Origin: an uncultured Thermoleophilia bacterium
GTDB lineage: Bacteria > Actinomycetota > Thermoleophilia > RBG-16-64-13
Length of the DNA stretch: 64,000 bases
Direction: 5' to 3'
Assembly: GCA_963772095.1 (NCBI GenBank)
Contig: CAVYVU010000019.1
Span: forward strand, 12,239 to 76,238
Positions 19,487 through 29,867 of this stretch are shown in pieces (position 1 is the stretch's first letter; each line of letters begins with the position of its first letter). Below the pieces are notes generated by a model that was given only the letters and a program-made list of their open reading frames with translations, was not told where the DNA came from and searched no databases. The translations under genes and the position numbers were made by a program.

Positions 19487-20359
19487 GTGCAAGATGGTCT
19501 GTCTCGCCAGTCAGCAGTACATTTCTCCGACCAGGATCTGGACGCATATATCCTAGAGGATTGCCCTTACGGGGACTTGACGACGCACCTGCTCGGCATC
19601 GGTGCGGTGAGCGGCCGCATCACCTTCGCAACGCGTAACGAGACCGTCATTTGCTGTACTGAGGAGGCGGCCCGGCTGCTCGAACGGGTCGGGTGCGAGG
19701 TGATCCACGCCGAGCCCAGCGGTCTCGCCTTGCCGCCGGGACGGACTTTCCTGGAAGCCACCGGGAGCGGCGCGGCCCTTCACATGGGCTGGAAAGTGGC
19801 GGTCAACCTGCTCGAGGCGGCGAGCGGGATCGCAACTCGGACCCGGGGGATCGTCGATCGGGTGCATGCCGTGGATCCGTCGGTGGAAGTGGTGGCTACC
19901 CGCAAGGTCTTTCCGGGAACTAAACGCGTCGCGATAAAGGCCGTCTTCGCCGGAGGAGCGCTGCCGCACCGCTTGGGACTCTCGGAGACTATCCTCGTCT
20001 TCCCTCAGCATGTAGCCCTGCTTGGAGGTCTCGAAGCCGCGCTTGAGCGAATCCGGGAGCTGAAAAGCCGGTCTCGGGAAAAGAAAGTCGGAGTCGAGGT
20101 CGATAATCTGAAGGACGCGGTCCTGGTCGCCCAGGCAGGCGCGGACGTTATTCAAGTGGATAAGATGGACCCCACTGGGTTGGCTAGGCTCGTCGAGGCG
20201 GTTCGGGCAGCAGCGCCTTCGGCAGTCATCGCGGCCGCGGGCGGCGTCAACGAACTGAACGCCTCGGTCTATGCGGCCACTGGAGCGGATGTCCTGGTGA
20301 CGTCCGCGATGTACTGGGGTAAGCCGGCCGATATCGGGGCGACGATCTCTCCGACATGA
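19487..20359 (+). CDS. modD: ModD protein (QPRTase-like)
   Basis: EDCPYGDLTT, SGIATRT, TRKVFPGTK, HRLGLSETILVF. Confidence 0.9.
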   Translation: MQDGLSRQSAVHFSDQDLDAYILEDCPYGDLTTHLLGIGAVSGRITFATRNETVICCTEEAARLLERVGCEVIHAEPSGLALPPGRTFLEATGSGAALHMGWKVAVNLLEAASGIATRTRGIVDRVHAVDPSVEVVATRKVFPGTKRVAIKAVFAGGALPHRLGLSETILVFPQHVALLGGLEAALERIRELKSRSREKKVGVEVDNLKDAVLVAQAGADVIQVDKMDPTGLARLVEAVRAAAPSAVIAAAGGVNELNASVYAATGADVLVTSAMYWGKPADIGATISPT

Positions 20360-21117
20360 CGGACACGCGCGGCAAGATCTACGTCATCACAGGCGGCCGT
20401 GGCGCAGGCAAGAGCACGCTCTGCGCGAGGGTGGTCGAGGCGGCGCGCCGGCGTGACCTGTCAGTGGCCGGCGTGCTCACGGAGAGAGATGCCGCCGCAC
20501 CGGTAGAGAGCTCGGAAGAGGCCACGGCAATGAGGGAATCCCCGCCAGCCGGCCCCGCCGCGCTGCGGGGGGCGGCCGGCGGTCAGCGCTATCTCGTAGA
20601 TCTGGGCACCGGTGAGCGGATGGCCTTGGGTCGCGTTTCCACCGCGAACGAACGGGCGGCGGCGGACGGGGGTGCCGCGCCGAACTTGCATGTCGCGGCT
20701 GACGGGCATGTCGCGCCGGACGGGCGTATGGCGGCCGAGGAGCGCGCCATGGCGGACGACACGGTGTCGGCACCGGGCGGCGACAAACTCACCCCCGGTT
20801 TCCGGTTCGATCCCGAGGTCTTCGAGCGCGGAGCGCAGGCCCTGGCCCACGCGACCCCTTGCGATCTTCTTGTGGTGGACGAGCTCGGTCCTATCGAGCT
20901 TCTGGGTGGCCGAGGGTGGGCCAACGCACTGGAGATTCTTCCTTTGGGTGATTTCGGAGCGGCGCTCGTCGTCTGCCGTCCGGAGTTGTTGGAGGCCCTC
21001 GAAACCAAACTGGGGGTTGTACCGCCGGACCGGAAGACCGTCGTGGTCGTGACGGAGGAGAACAGGGACACGCTCGCCGGCGAACTCGGACGCAATGTGG
21101 GTGGCGGGATCAGCTAG
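20356..21117 (+). CDS. P-loop NTPase (DUF2478/THEP1-like)
   Basis: GGRGAGKST, LLVVDELGPIEL..G.GW. Confidence 0.8.
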   Translation: MTDTRGKIYVITGGRGAGKSTLCARVVEAARRRDLSVAGVLTERDAAAPVESSEEATAMRESPPAGPAALRGAAGGQRYLVDLGTGERMALGRVSTANERAAADGGAAPNLHVAADGHVAPDGRMAAEERAMADDTVSAPGGDKLTPGFRFDPEVFERGAQALAHATPCDLLVVDELGPIELLGGRGWANALEILPLGDFGAALVVCRPELLEALETKLGVVPPDRKTVVVVTEENRDTLAGELGRNVGGGIS

Positions 21118-21706
21118 TCAGCACGTCCGGCGCCAGCTGGCGCTTCAGCCGTTCGAGCGCCCGGAACTGAAGCGCCTTCACTGCGCCTTCGGTCTTATCC
21201 ATGAGCGTCGCGACTTCCTGGATGGACAGGTTGAAGAAGAACCGGCAGCCCACGACCTGTCGCTGCTCGTCGGTCAGCTGCCGCAGCGCCGCCCAGAGGC
21301 TCCGCCGCCGGTCGTCCTCGATAAGGAGCGTTTCCGGATCGTCGGCTGGATCGACGGTGGCCAACATCTCCGCCTCGGCGTCGTCCTGGATGGGCAGACG
21401 GCGTTTGCGGTAGTAGTCGATGACGCAGTTCCTGGCGATCGTGTAAAGCCAGGTGGAGAATTGGGCCGGAGACGGCTCGTAGCGGCCGATGGCCGCGTAG
21501 GCTTTCTCAAAAATGGTGTTGGTCAGGTCTTCCGCTTCTTGATATCCCGACACGCGAGCGGAGACGAACTGGAGGATCGGGGGAAAATAGTGGCGGTAGA
21601 GATCGCTAAAAGCGGTCACGTCCAGCTGGCTGGCCTGCACTGCCAACTCCCGGACCTGCTCCGTGCTCGGGCGCGGTTTTCGTGTGCGTGCACATAATGC
21701 TGTCAT
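21110..21706 (-). CDS. ECF sigma-70 factor
   Basis: AEDLTNTIF, FSTWLYTIARN, TEGAVKALQFRA. Confidence 0.93.
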   Translation of the reverse strand: MTALCARTRKPRPSTEQVRELAVQASQLDVTAFSDLYRHYFPPILQFVSARVSGYQEAEDLTNTIFEKAYAAIGRYEPSPAQFSTWLYTIARNCVIDYYRKRRLPIQDDAEAEMLATVDPADDPETLLIEDDRRRSLWAALRQLTDEQRQVVGCRFFFNLSIQEVATLMDKTEGAVKALQFRALERLKRQLAPDVLTS

Positions 21707-21784
21707 ACAGCAAGTATCGGCCCCGGAAGGCGCAGACTTGAGGAGAGAGAGCGGAGAGGCGGACCCCCCGGGAGCGGCCGGAGC

Positions 21785-23650
21785 TTAGAAGTTGGTGGTG
21801 GTGGACGACTGGCCGGTCGTCGTGGTGTGGCCAGTGGTGCTGGTCGATCCGCCGGGAAGAGTGGTGCTGGTGGTCGTGGTCACCGTACTCACCGCTATGG
21901 TCTTCGGGACCATGGGATACGTGCTGATGAAGGTGTCCGTCGAACGCACGGATCCGTCTTGGTTCAGCACCGTCCGCACGACCTTGCACTGCATGCCTTG
22001 CTGGCCGTTTGTCTTTACCACCGACGTGCCGGGACCGAGCGTCGGGTCGAGGGTGGTAACGGTTGTCTTCCCAGCCACGTTGTAGAAACCACTGGTGGTG
22101 TAAGTCACCTTGCGGTGGGGGTTGGTGCCGTAAAGAGTGAACGTCGTCTTGATCCCGTTCGAGGTGCCCTTGACCAGAATGTAGTGGTCGGTGTCGTTGA
22201 CCCAGCGCAGGTTCGGGCCACCGGCCGAGACCGTCGCGTCGCGGCCCTGCGGATAGTGGCTGATGTAGATGGAATGGTTGTGCCGCTCGGTCACCTTGAG
22301 GCCGGCAAAGAACACAGCGTTGTATAGCGTGGTGGACACTTGACAGATGCCGCCGCCGAAGACGTCTTCCAGCTTGCCAGGGCCGACGATTCCCGGTGCC
22401 GTCAGATAGCCTCGGGCAGCCGTGCGCGGCCCGATCTGCTGATCGAAGTTGTACTCGTCGCCTGGGGCCAGGATGACGTTGCTCGCATATTCCGTGGTGA
22501 TTCTGACATTGTGTTGCCGGTTCGGCGTGCCCACGTACGGAGGAGTCGAGTAGCTGCTGATCTTCTCCACGATGCCCATGGCCTGGGCTTCTTCAGTGGT
22601 CAGATTCGCTGGGCTGGTAGTCACCTGCACCTGGGCCGTGCGATCGGAAGTCTGCTGGGCAGCGGTAGTAAGGGCCTCGGCAGTCTTCTCTGGGTCCAGA
22701 GCCGTGCCATCGACCGAAGGCACCACGGAGACGGAATCGCCGTCGCTGCTCACCTCGAAAGTCGCATCCGTAGGCTTGGTGGCGACATCGGGAGCGATGC
22801 CGTCCAAGAAGTCCTTCATCTTCGTGGCGGAGATGAAGGGCACCAGTGTGGAGACACCGCCCTGTGTGGTGTCGGTCATATCCATGAAGTTGACGATCTG
22901 ATCGGGCGTGAGAGTCCAGCTCTTGGAGTCGCTCTGCAAAACGACATCGGCGCTGATCATCGTTTTTGCGGCGTCCACCGCTTTCTGAGTGTCTTGGGCT
23001 ACGACCGCGGGGGTCTCCACTTTCATCGGCACGGGCACCTCCGTGGCATGGAAAGTGAAGAGCAAGGCTTTGAGCTGCTGGCGAAGCTTATCCCGGTCGA
23101 CCACACTGCCGGGTTTGTCCTCGATCACGGTGATCTTGCCGTCCTTGATGGTCAGTCCGGCGTTCACCGCGGGAACGTCGAGCACCTTGGCCACGCTCGC
23201 GATGAGGGCGTCCATCTTCGCGGAGTCCACGGTGCCTTTGATCGGGACGTCGACGTGGTGGAAGAACAGTCTGAACCGATGGCCGATGCTGGCTATGAAG
23301 TTCCCGGCGCGAGAGGCATCCATGGCGGCGGCGACAGTGCCGGCGGCATCCACCTGAGTCCCGGCGACATCCGGCATCACCGGCCAATTCTTCTTGGGAC
23401 TGGTGAGCAAGATCTGGTTGGTCTGGGAATCGTCGATAAGCTTGGTGAGCTTTGCGACTGCCTCATCGCGGGTGAGGCCCCCCATATTGTGACCGGAGAT
23501 GCTGACGCCGGCGTGGATCTTGTTGTAGTAGACCCCCGCGTCGACTAGGATGGCCAGCACGCAAAGCGCTATAACAACGCCTAGAGCTATTAGTATCCAA
23601 GTGACCCAGCTACTGCGCCGGATTTTTTGGGCAAGGTTCAGCTTCGTCAA
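21785..23650 (-). CDS. VanW family protein with peptidoglycan-binding repeats
   Basis: GGGICQVSTTLYNA, ERHNHS, GRDATV; N-terminal TM helix. Confidence 0.92.
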   Translation of the reverse strand: MTKLNLAQKIRRSSWVTWILIALGVVIALCVLAILVDAGVYYNKIHAGVSISGHNMGGLTRDEAVAKLTKLIDDSQTNQILLTSPKKNWPVMPDVAGTQVDAAGTVAAAMDASRAGNFIASIGHRFRLFFHHVDVPIKGTVDSAKMDALIASVAKVLDVPAVNAGLTIKDGKITVIEDKPGSVVDRDKLRQQLKALLFTFHATEVPVPMKVETPAVVAQDTQKAVDAAKTMISADVVLQSDSKSWTLTPDQIVNFMDMTDTTQGGVSTLVPFISATKMKDFLDGIAPDVATKPTDATFEVSSDGDSVSVVPSVDGTALDPEKTAEALTTAAQQTSDRTAQVQVTTSPANLTTEEAQAMGIVEKISSYSTPPYVGTPNRQHNVRITTEYASNVILAPGDEYNFDQQIGPRTAARGYLTAPGIVGPGKLEDVFGGGICQVSTTLYNAVFFAGLKVTERHNHSIYISHYPQGRDATVSAGGPNLRWVNDTDHYILVKGTSNGIKTTFTLYGTNPHRKVTYTTSGFYNVAGKTTVTTLDPTLGPGTSVVKTNGQQGMQCKVVRTVLNQDGSVRSTDTFISTYPMVPKTIAVSTVTTTTSTTLPGGSTSTTGHTTTTGQSSTTTNF

Positions 23651-23796
23651 AAAGGTCCTACACTCCCTAAATCGAGGATGTCACAGGATAGCAGATGCCT
23701 CCGGCCGTCGGAAGGTTCCGGGGGAACAAAGTCTAGATTCTCGCGCGTCGGTCCAACTCCTGTGTCTGGACTCCTGCTGTCTGGTGAGAGCGACCT

Positions 23797-25093
23797 ATGA
23801 CCCCACGTGACGATATATCGCGGGTGGATGAAGCCGTCGGTCAGGCTTTGGCGAGCCGCTTGATCGAGCGTGGCCAGGCCCAACGTGTGCGCATCGTGGC
23901 GCGACTGGCCGGCACCGTCGATCCCGCGAATGGGCGGACGCGAACTGTATCGGCAGCGTCGCTTGCGGACGACCTGCGGATCTCCCCGGCCACCATCCAC
24001 GAACATGTCATCCAGCTTGGCGATCTGGGCTTCGACATCGAAGCAGTCCCCGGGGGTGGATATCGTCTCGGTTCCCCGTTCTCCGACCTGCTGGTGGGGG
24101 AAGCAGTGCTGTCTCTCCTGCTCGGCGCTCAGGAGAGGGCCGCCGGCACGACTGGCGCCGACGGGACGATTCGCGCCGACGGAACGGCTGGGGTCGACGG
24201 CGACGATCGGAGACGGCTCTGGGGCGGGCGCGAGCTTCTGGCCGGGGGCGGTCGGGTGCTTGCGTGAGGGCAAGTTCCTGGCTGGTCTGCCCTACCATTA
24301 CGAAGCCTGCACGGAGTCCACCAACCGTCAGTTGAAGGCGATGGCATCCTCGGGGCTGGCGTCTGGAGCCCTCGCCGTGACCGACCATCAGGGCGGCGGC
24401 CGTGGGCGGCTCGGCCGCCGCTGGATCAGCGAGCCCGGCAAGGACCTGACCTTCTCCGTCCTTCTGCGCCCGAGGTTGATGCCGGGGCAAGCGCATCTGC
24501 TGTCTCTCGCCGCGGCGGTGGCTGTGGCGGAAACCCTCGAGGGCCTGCCGGGGCTGCAGGCTGGGTCGGGCGCCCGGCCTGTGGTGGCCGTGAAATGGCC
24601 CAACGATGTCCTTCTCGCCGGCAAAAAAGTGTGCGGGATCCTCTTGGAAGGTTCCATGGACACGGACCGACTCCACTGGGCGGTCGCCGGACTGGGCCTG
24701 AATGTGAACGGGGTGCCGGAGGTCGCGTTGAAGGCTAGCGGCGAAGATCGTTTCGGACGGGTCGCGTCGGTCTCGCTCTCCGAACACTTGGGGCGCGAAG
24801 TTCCCCGGGGCCGGCTTCTTGCCCGGCTGCTCGAACGACTCACCGTGCGCTGGGGCGAACTCGACTCAGGGCTCCCGTCGCCCGGATACGTGGACCTGAG
24901 GACCGCGTTGCGCGAGCGCGACGCTCTGGCAGGGTCGTCCGTACTCGTATGCTCGGGGATGCGGGAGGGAGAAGTGGTTGCATCGGGAGTCGCGGAAGGG
25001 ATCGGTCCTGGGGGCGAGCTGCTCGTGAGAGAGCGCTCGGGTGCTATAAGAGCAGTGATCGCCGGGGAGGTGACCGTGGCGCCCGCGCCGTGA
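23797..25093 (+). CDS. birA: Bifunctional biotin repressor/ligase BirA (frameshift at ~24200)
   Basis: HTH in the first frame; STN, QGGGRGRLGRRW, KWPND and KVCGIL in the second frame; bioY adjacent. Confidence 0.88.
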
Positions 25094-25192
25094 TGGCGCC
25101 CGCGCCCCGAACCATGGGCCCGGCGAGATTGACAGCGGCGGGCACGCCCGCTTAGACTACACCAACCTGTCGCGACCACGGGAGAAGAACCG

Positions 25193-25867
25193 ATGAGCAG
25201 ACTTTCTATCAACATCCGGCCCTCGATCCGGCCCTCGACTGTAAAGTCTCAGGCAGTCACGCTCCCGGCCGGCGCGGCAGTGGACGGTTCCCGGTGGGCG
25301 GCGCGGGGCTGGCCGCTGAAGGTGGCGCTGAGCGTGACGTTCGTGGGTCTGTTAGCGGCCAGCGCGTGGGTGTCCGTCCCGTTCTTCCCGGTGCCGCTCA
25401 CATTGCAGACCCTCGCGGTCCTTCTGGCCGGTGCGACCCTGGGGCCGGTCTTGGGCGCGTCGACGGTGTTCTCGTACGTGACGCTCGGGCTCATGGGTGC
25501 GCCCGTGTTCCACAACGGGACCGGCGGCCCCGCCATATTGTTCGGCCCCACCGGGGGCTATTTGTTCGGTTTTGTGGCCGCGGCATTCGTGATGGGGCTG
25601 GCGGTGTCCCGCGCGCGCCGGGTGGATGCGCCGGGGACGTGGCGTGGGCTGCTTTACCTGGCGGCCGGCGCGGTGGCGGCGAGTGCTGTGATCTACGCCG
25701 TCGGGGTGCCGTGGCTGAGCTTGTTCCCCGGGATGGGGCTGCAGAGGGCGGCCGCGGTGGGCATGGTCCCCTTCTTGCTGGGCGACGCGCTGAAGGCAGC
25801 CGTTGCCGTGGGTGCGGTTCGCACGGGGGCGTCCTTGCGGGGACGCATGAGCGGGGGTCTCTTCTGA
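25193..25867 (+). CDS. bioY: Biotin transporter BioY
   Basis: PVPLTLQTL, GAPVF, GPTGGYLFGF, PFLLGDALK. Confidence 0.93.
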   Translation: MSRLSINIRPSIRPSTVKSQAVTLPAGAAVDGSRWAARGWPLKVALSVTFVGLLAASAWVSVPFFPVPLTLQTLAVLLAGATLGPVLGASTVFSYVTLGLMGAPVFHNGTGGPAILFGPTGGYLFGFVAAAFVMGLAVSRARRVDAPGTWRGLLYLAAGAVAASAVIYAVGVPWLSLFPGMGLQRAAAVGMVPFLLGDALKAAVAVGAVRTGASLRGRMSGGLF

Positions 25868-25958
25868 TCCAAAAGGCTTCCCGAGGCTTCCCACGCCTCG
25901 CCGGTCTCGCTATGCTACAGGCGAGCGCTCACAGTGGCAGAAGGGAACGAGCAAGAAT

Positions 25959-26963
25959 TTGACCGTCCTTCAGGCTTTTATCCTGGGGATCGTTCAGGGT
26001 TTCACGGAGTTCCTTCCCGTGTCGAGTTCTGGGCACCTGGTGCTCGTGCCGGAGTTCTTCAACGTCCCGGCTCCGGCGCTCGGGTTCGACATCCTCCTGC
26101 ACGTAGCCACATTGGTGGCGGTGTTCGGATACTTCATCCAGGACATCGCGAAGATGGCGGTCGCGCTTGTGGCGCCCCGGCGGATGGAACGGGAGAAGGC
26201 GCGATTCTGGCGGCGGCTTCTGCTGTGGCTGGTGATCGGTTCGGTCCCGGCGGGCATCGCGGGCGTGGTCTTCGCGAAGTTCTTCGAAGGCCTCTTCACA
26301 AGCACTATGTCCGTGGGTATCTTCCTGATGATCACCGGGTGTCTGCTCTGGGGCGCCGACGTCGCGCTGCAGCGCAAGGGACCGGACAAAGTCTTTGACG
26401 GCCACGGGAGCGGCGCGGTCGGACGCGGTGTCCGGCGGGTCGAGCCGGCCGATGGGGTGACGAGAACCAGTACGTCGGCGGGCATCGTTGCAGGGGGCGT
26501 TCTCACAGCGCGCGTTCCCACCTCAAACGGCTTGGAGAGCAAGGCAGCCGTGGGGAGCGCATCCAGCTGGAGGTCGCGGCGGCTGGGAAGCATGCGGGCG
26601 GTAGATGCCTTGATCATCGGCTGCTTCCAGGCGCTGGCGATCGCACCCGGGCTGAGCCGCTCGGGGGCCACCATCTCGGCCGGCGTCTATCTGGGCTTCG
26701 ACCGGCAGACGGCGGCGCGGTTCTCCTTCCTGCTCAGCATTCCCGCGATCCTGGGTGCGGCACTCGTTCACGTCAACGACATCAGCGGCGCATTCACGGG
26801 CGCTACCGGCGGGGCCTATGCGGTGGGTGCTGTGGCTGCCCTCGTTTCCGGGCTCATCGCGGTGTTCTTCATGATGCGCTATTTGAGACAGCACCGCCTG
26901 CGCCTTTTCGCCGTCTATACCTTGTTATTGGGGGCCTTTGTCGTAGTGTTGTCGGCTGTTTGA
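25959..26963 (+). CDS. uppP: Undecaprenyl-diphosphate phosphatase with an internal insertion
   Basis: QGFTEFLPVSSSGH, PGLSRSGATI, AARFSFLLSIP. Confidence 0.93.
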   Translation: MTVLQAFILGIVQGFTEFLPVSSSGHLVLVPEFFNVPAPALGFDILLHVATLVAVFGYFIQDIAKMAVALVAPRRMEREKARFWRRLLLWLVIGSVPAGIAGVVFAKFFEGLFTSTMSVGIFLMITGCLLWGADVALQRKGPDKVFDGHGSGAVGRGVRRVEPADGVTRTSTSAGIVAGGVLTARVPTSNGLESKAAVGSASSWRSRRLGSMRAVDALIIGCFQALAIAPGLSRSGATISAGVYLGFDRQTAARFSFLLSIPAILGAALVHVNDISGAFTGATGGAYAVGAVAALVSGLIAVFFMMRYLRQHRLRLFAVYTLLLGAFVVVLSAV

Positions 26964-26973
26964 TGGAGGCCCT

Positions 26974-28392
26974 ATGAGGATCGGGACTCTTCCTCGACCA
27001 TGGACGCGAGCACGGGTGCAACTAGGGCTGTGCGCTGCGCTTGTACTGGTCTTCTTCATAGTCTGGACGGGAGTGGCCTCGGCGGCCTCGGCCTCGGTGC
27101 TCTACCGCGGGGCGAAAGACCGCAAGCAGATCGCCCTTACCTTCGACGACAACACCTCCACCCAGCACGGGCTGGCGACACTGCACGTTCTCGAGAAATA
27201 CAAGGTCCACGCGACTCTATTCGTGATCGGCAACGCGGTGGCGAGCTACGCGTCGCTCAGCCGGGAGATCGCTGTCGGGGTGGGCGAAGGTCTGTTCGAG
27301 GTAGGCGACCACACGTGGTCGCATCCGGAGTTGACCAAGGTGTCGGCCGCGACCGTCGCGAGTCAGATCGGCGGGGGGACGGCGGCTTTCACCAAGTTCA
27401 CGGGCGTTCGCACGGTTCCGCTGTTCAGGCCGCCATACGGCTCCACGAATTCCATCGTAGCGGCTGTCGCCGGCGAAAAGGGCTTTACGGATGTGGTGCT
27501 GTGGGACGTTGACCCGAGGGACTGGGCGGGCGGCTCCGGCAAGAGCATCGAGGACGCGGTGGTGAGTCACGCCCACAACGGCGCCGTGGTGGTGATGCAC
27601 CTTTCCGCGCCGCACACGGCCGAAGCTTTGCCGGGGATCATCGCGCGGCTGCGGGCCAAGGGATACGAACTGGTGAGCATCTCCGAGATGATCAAAGGCG
27701 ACCGGACCTTCATCGACACGAGCGAGAGCACCGAGACCGGGAAGGCCGTCGTGCGGGTGGCGAAGGCCGGCATCATGTCCGGATACGACGCCAATTACTT
27801 CGGACCGGGCGACACCATCACCCGCGGTCAGGTGGCGAAAGTCGCGGTGCTCACCGGTGGACTGCACACTCCCGAGATGAGCGACGTAACGGCGCCCGTG
27901 TTCGTGGACGTGAAGCCTCACAAAGATAGCCAGGGAAACTGGCTGGTCTATCCGTTCGACTACATTGAGGAGGCCGCTGCCGCTCACGTGATCGAGGGCG
28001 TCTCCGCCGCGGACGGCACACTTCGCTTCAATCCCGCGGGCACCATCAGCAGGCTGCAACTGGCGCAGATCCTCGCCCGCATGGCAAGGCAACTGAAGGG
28101 TTATCCGGAGGCGGAGCCAAGCACGCCTCCGCCCGATACGCCGCCGTCCGATTCCCCGACCACGGATACGCCGAGTACTTCGCCGAGCGCCGGGGCCGCG
28201 GCCACAGAACCGACCTTCAGCGACGTCCCCGAGTACGCGCGGGCAGACGTGGCTCTGGTTGCACAATTGAAGTTGATGACCGGATACAGCGACGGGACGT
28301 TCGGCACAGAGACGGGAGCGACCCGCGGGCTGGTGGCTCTGACGATGAGCCGCTTCCTGGATCTGGCCGCCTATCAGCCGACCGCCGGCTGA
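26974..28392 (+). CDS. Polysaccharide deacetylase with SLH domains
   Basis: ALTFDD, DHTWSHP, FRPPYG, WDVDPRDW; SLH-like IMSGY..FGPGDTITRGQ, FNPAGTISRLQ, LMTGYSDGTF. Confidence 0.88.
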   Translation: MRIGTLPRPWTRARVQLGLCAALVLVFFIVWTGVASAASASVLYRGAKDRKQIALTFDDNTSTQHGLATLHVLEKYKVHATLFVIGNAVASYASLSREIAVGVGEGLFEVGDHTWSHPELTKVSAATVASQIGGGTAAFTKFTGVRTVPLFRPPYGSTNSIVAAVAGEKGFTDVVLWDVDPRDWAGGSGKSIEDAVVSHAHNGAVVVMHLSAPHTAEALPGIIARLRAKGYELVSISEMIKGDRTFIDTSESTETGKAVVRVAKAGIMSGYDANYFGPGDTITRGQVAKVAVLTGGLHTPEMSDVTAPVFVDVKPHKDSQGNWLVYPFDYIEEAAAAHVIEGVSAADGTLRFNPAGTISRLQLAQILARMARQLKGYPEAEPSTPPPDTPPSDSPTTDTPSTSPSAGAAATEPTFSDVPEYARADVALVAQLKLMTGYSDGTFGTETGATRGLVALTMSRFLDLAAYQPTAG

Positions 28393-28496
28393 CGGCTTCG
28401 TCATGAGCGGCCCGTCGTGACCGGCAAGCGCATCCGGCAGAGCGCGACCCACGTAATCCGGCACGTCCCCAGGCAGCGGACCGGTCGCCGCGCGGC

Positions 28497-29867
28497 CTAG
28501 ACAGGGTTGGCGGGTGGCACTGTCTCCTGTGACGACGGCGCTGCGTTCGCAGGCTTAGCCTTCGCCTGAGCGTCCGCCTCATCCACAGCGCCGCCGGCAG
28601 CCTCTACCTTGGGCACCACCGGGCTGACTGCTGGTTCGGACACACTCGGGCTCGAGCCGGGTGCTCCGGTCGCGGGGGGTGCAGCCGGGAGGCTCACGCT
28701 GACCTCGAGACCGCCGGCCGCAGGCGCCGTCACGGTCACCGTGCCGCCATGCGCTGTAGCCACCGCCTTGACTATGGACATGCCCAATCCCACCCCGCCG
28801 GTCTTACGGCTGCGGGAGCGGTCGGGGCGGTAGAACCTGTCGAACAGACGCTCCGCATCTTCGGGAGGCACGACCGGGCCGCTGTTCGCCACGGTCAGCG
28901 ACGCCTGGTTGCCCTGGATCGCTGTTTTGACGCTGAACCAACCTCCGGCCTGGTTATGCCGGATAGCGTTCTCCACCAAGTTGCCGACGAGCCGTTCCAA
29001 GAGTGCGGGGTCGCCTTTGACTGGGGCACTCTGGAGGTCGAGTTCGAGACTCAGGCCGAGCTCGTCCGCTTGCTGCGAGTGCATCTCCACGATCTGCCGC
29101 GCCAGATCGGAGAGGTCTACTTCATTGAGGGCTAAGGCGGTGTCTGTCCGAGCAAGGACCAGGAGACCGTCGATGAGCCGCTCGCTGCGGCTGACGGCGT
29201 CGCGCACTGCCTCGCCCATAGCGTTGAGTTCCTCATGATCGATCTCGGGGTCGGCCAAGGCGACGTCGATCTCCGTGCGGATAATGGTGAGGGGCGTGCG
29301 CATCTCGTGAGAGGCGTTGGCCACGAAGTCCTTCTGAGCTTGAAACGCGGTATCCAGCCGGCCGAGCATCTCGTCGAAGGTGTCCGCGAGATCCTTCAAC
29401 TCATCCCGGGGCCCCTTCAGACCGATCCGCTCGTGCAGCGTGGATTCCGAAAGGCGCCGCGCGGTATTTGTCATCTGCTTCAAAGGCCGCAGCATCCTTC
29501 CGGATACCAACCAGCCCAGCCCAAGGGAGACCATCGCCATGACGGCCAGCGCCACCCCCGACATCAACATCAACTGGCGCAGCGCCTCGTCGTGGAGCTC
29601 CCTTTGTACCTCATCGATGAGGCGGCCGACCGGCACCCCGTTCACGAGAATCCGTTCGTCGGGGTTGAAACCGAACGGCGCAGTCCTCGGATCAAGGAGC
29701 TGCGGTGGGATGTGGAGCCTCTGGGCTACGACGGCTCTGGCCTTATCAGGCGAGGAAGCCAGGCTGTCTCTCACCAGGAAGAAGTTGAGAGTGAGCATCA
29801 GGATCCCGACGATGATGAACAACCCTCCGTACCAGAGGGTCAGGCGAAGCCGGATGGTGAATCTCAT
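28497..29867 (-). CDS. HAMP sensor histidine kinase (CutS-like)
   Basis: FVANASHEMRTPL, NLVENAIRHN, GVGLGMSIV. Confidence 0.93.
   Translation of the reverse strand: MRFTIRLRLTLWYGGLFIIVGILMLTLNFFLVRDSLASSPDKARAVVAQRLHIPPQLLDPRTAPFGFNPDERILVNGVPVGRLIDEVQRELHDEALRQLMLMSGVALAVMAMVSLGLGWLVSGRMLRPLKQMTNTARRLSESTLHERIGLKGPRDELKDLADTFDEMLGRLDTAFQAQKDFVANASHEMRTPLTIIRTEIDVALADPEIDHEELNAMGEAVRDAVSRSERLIDGLLVLARTDTALALNEVDLSDLARQIVEMHSQQADELGLSLELDLQSAPVKGDPALLERLVGNLVENAIRHNQAGGWFSVKTAIQGNQASLTVANSGPVVPPEDAERLFDRFYRPDRSRSRKTGGVGLGMSIVKAVATAHGGTVTVTAPAAGGLEVSVSLPAAPPATGAPGSSPSVSEPAVSPVVPKVEAAGGAVDEADAQAKAKPANAAPSSQETVPPANPV

Noticed and set aside
24150-24270. Programmed frameshift in birA
   Set aside because: No slippery sequence, and the window has many similar indels attributable to error.
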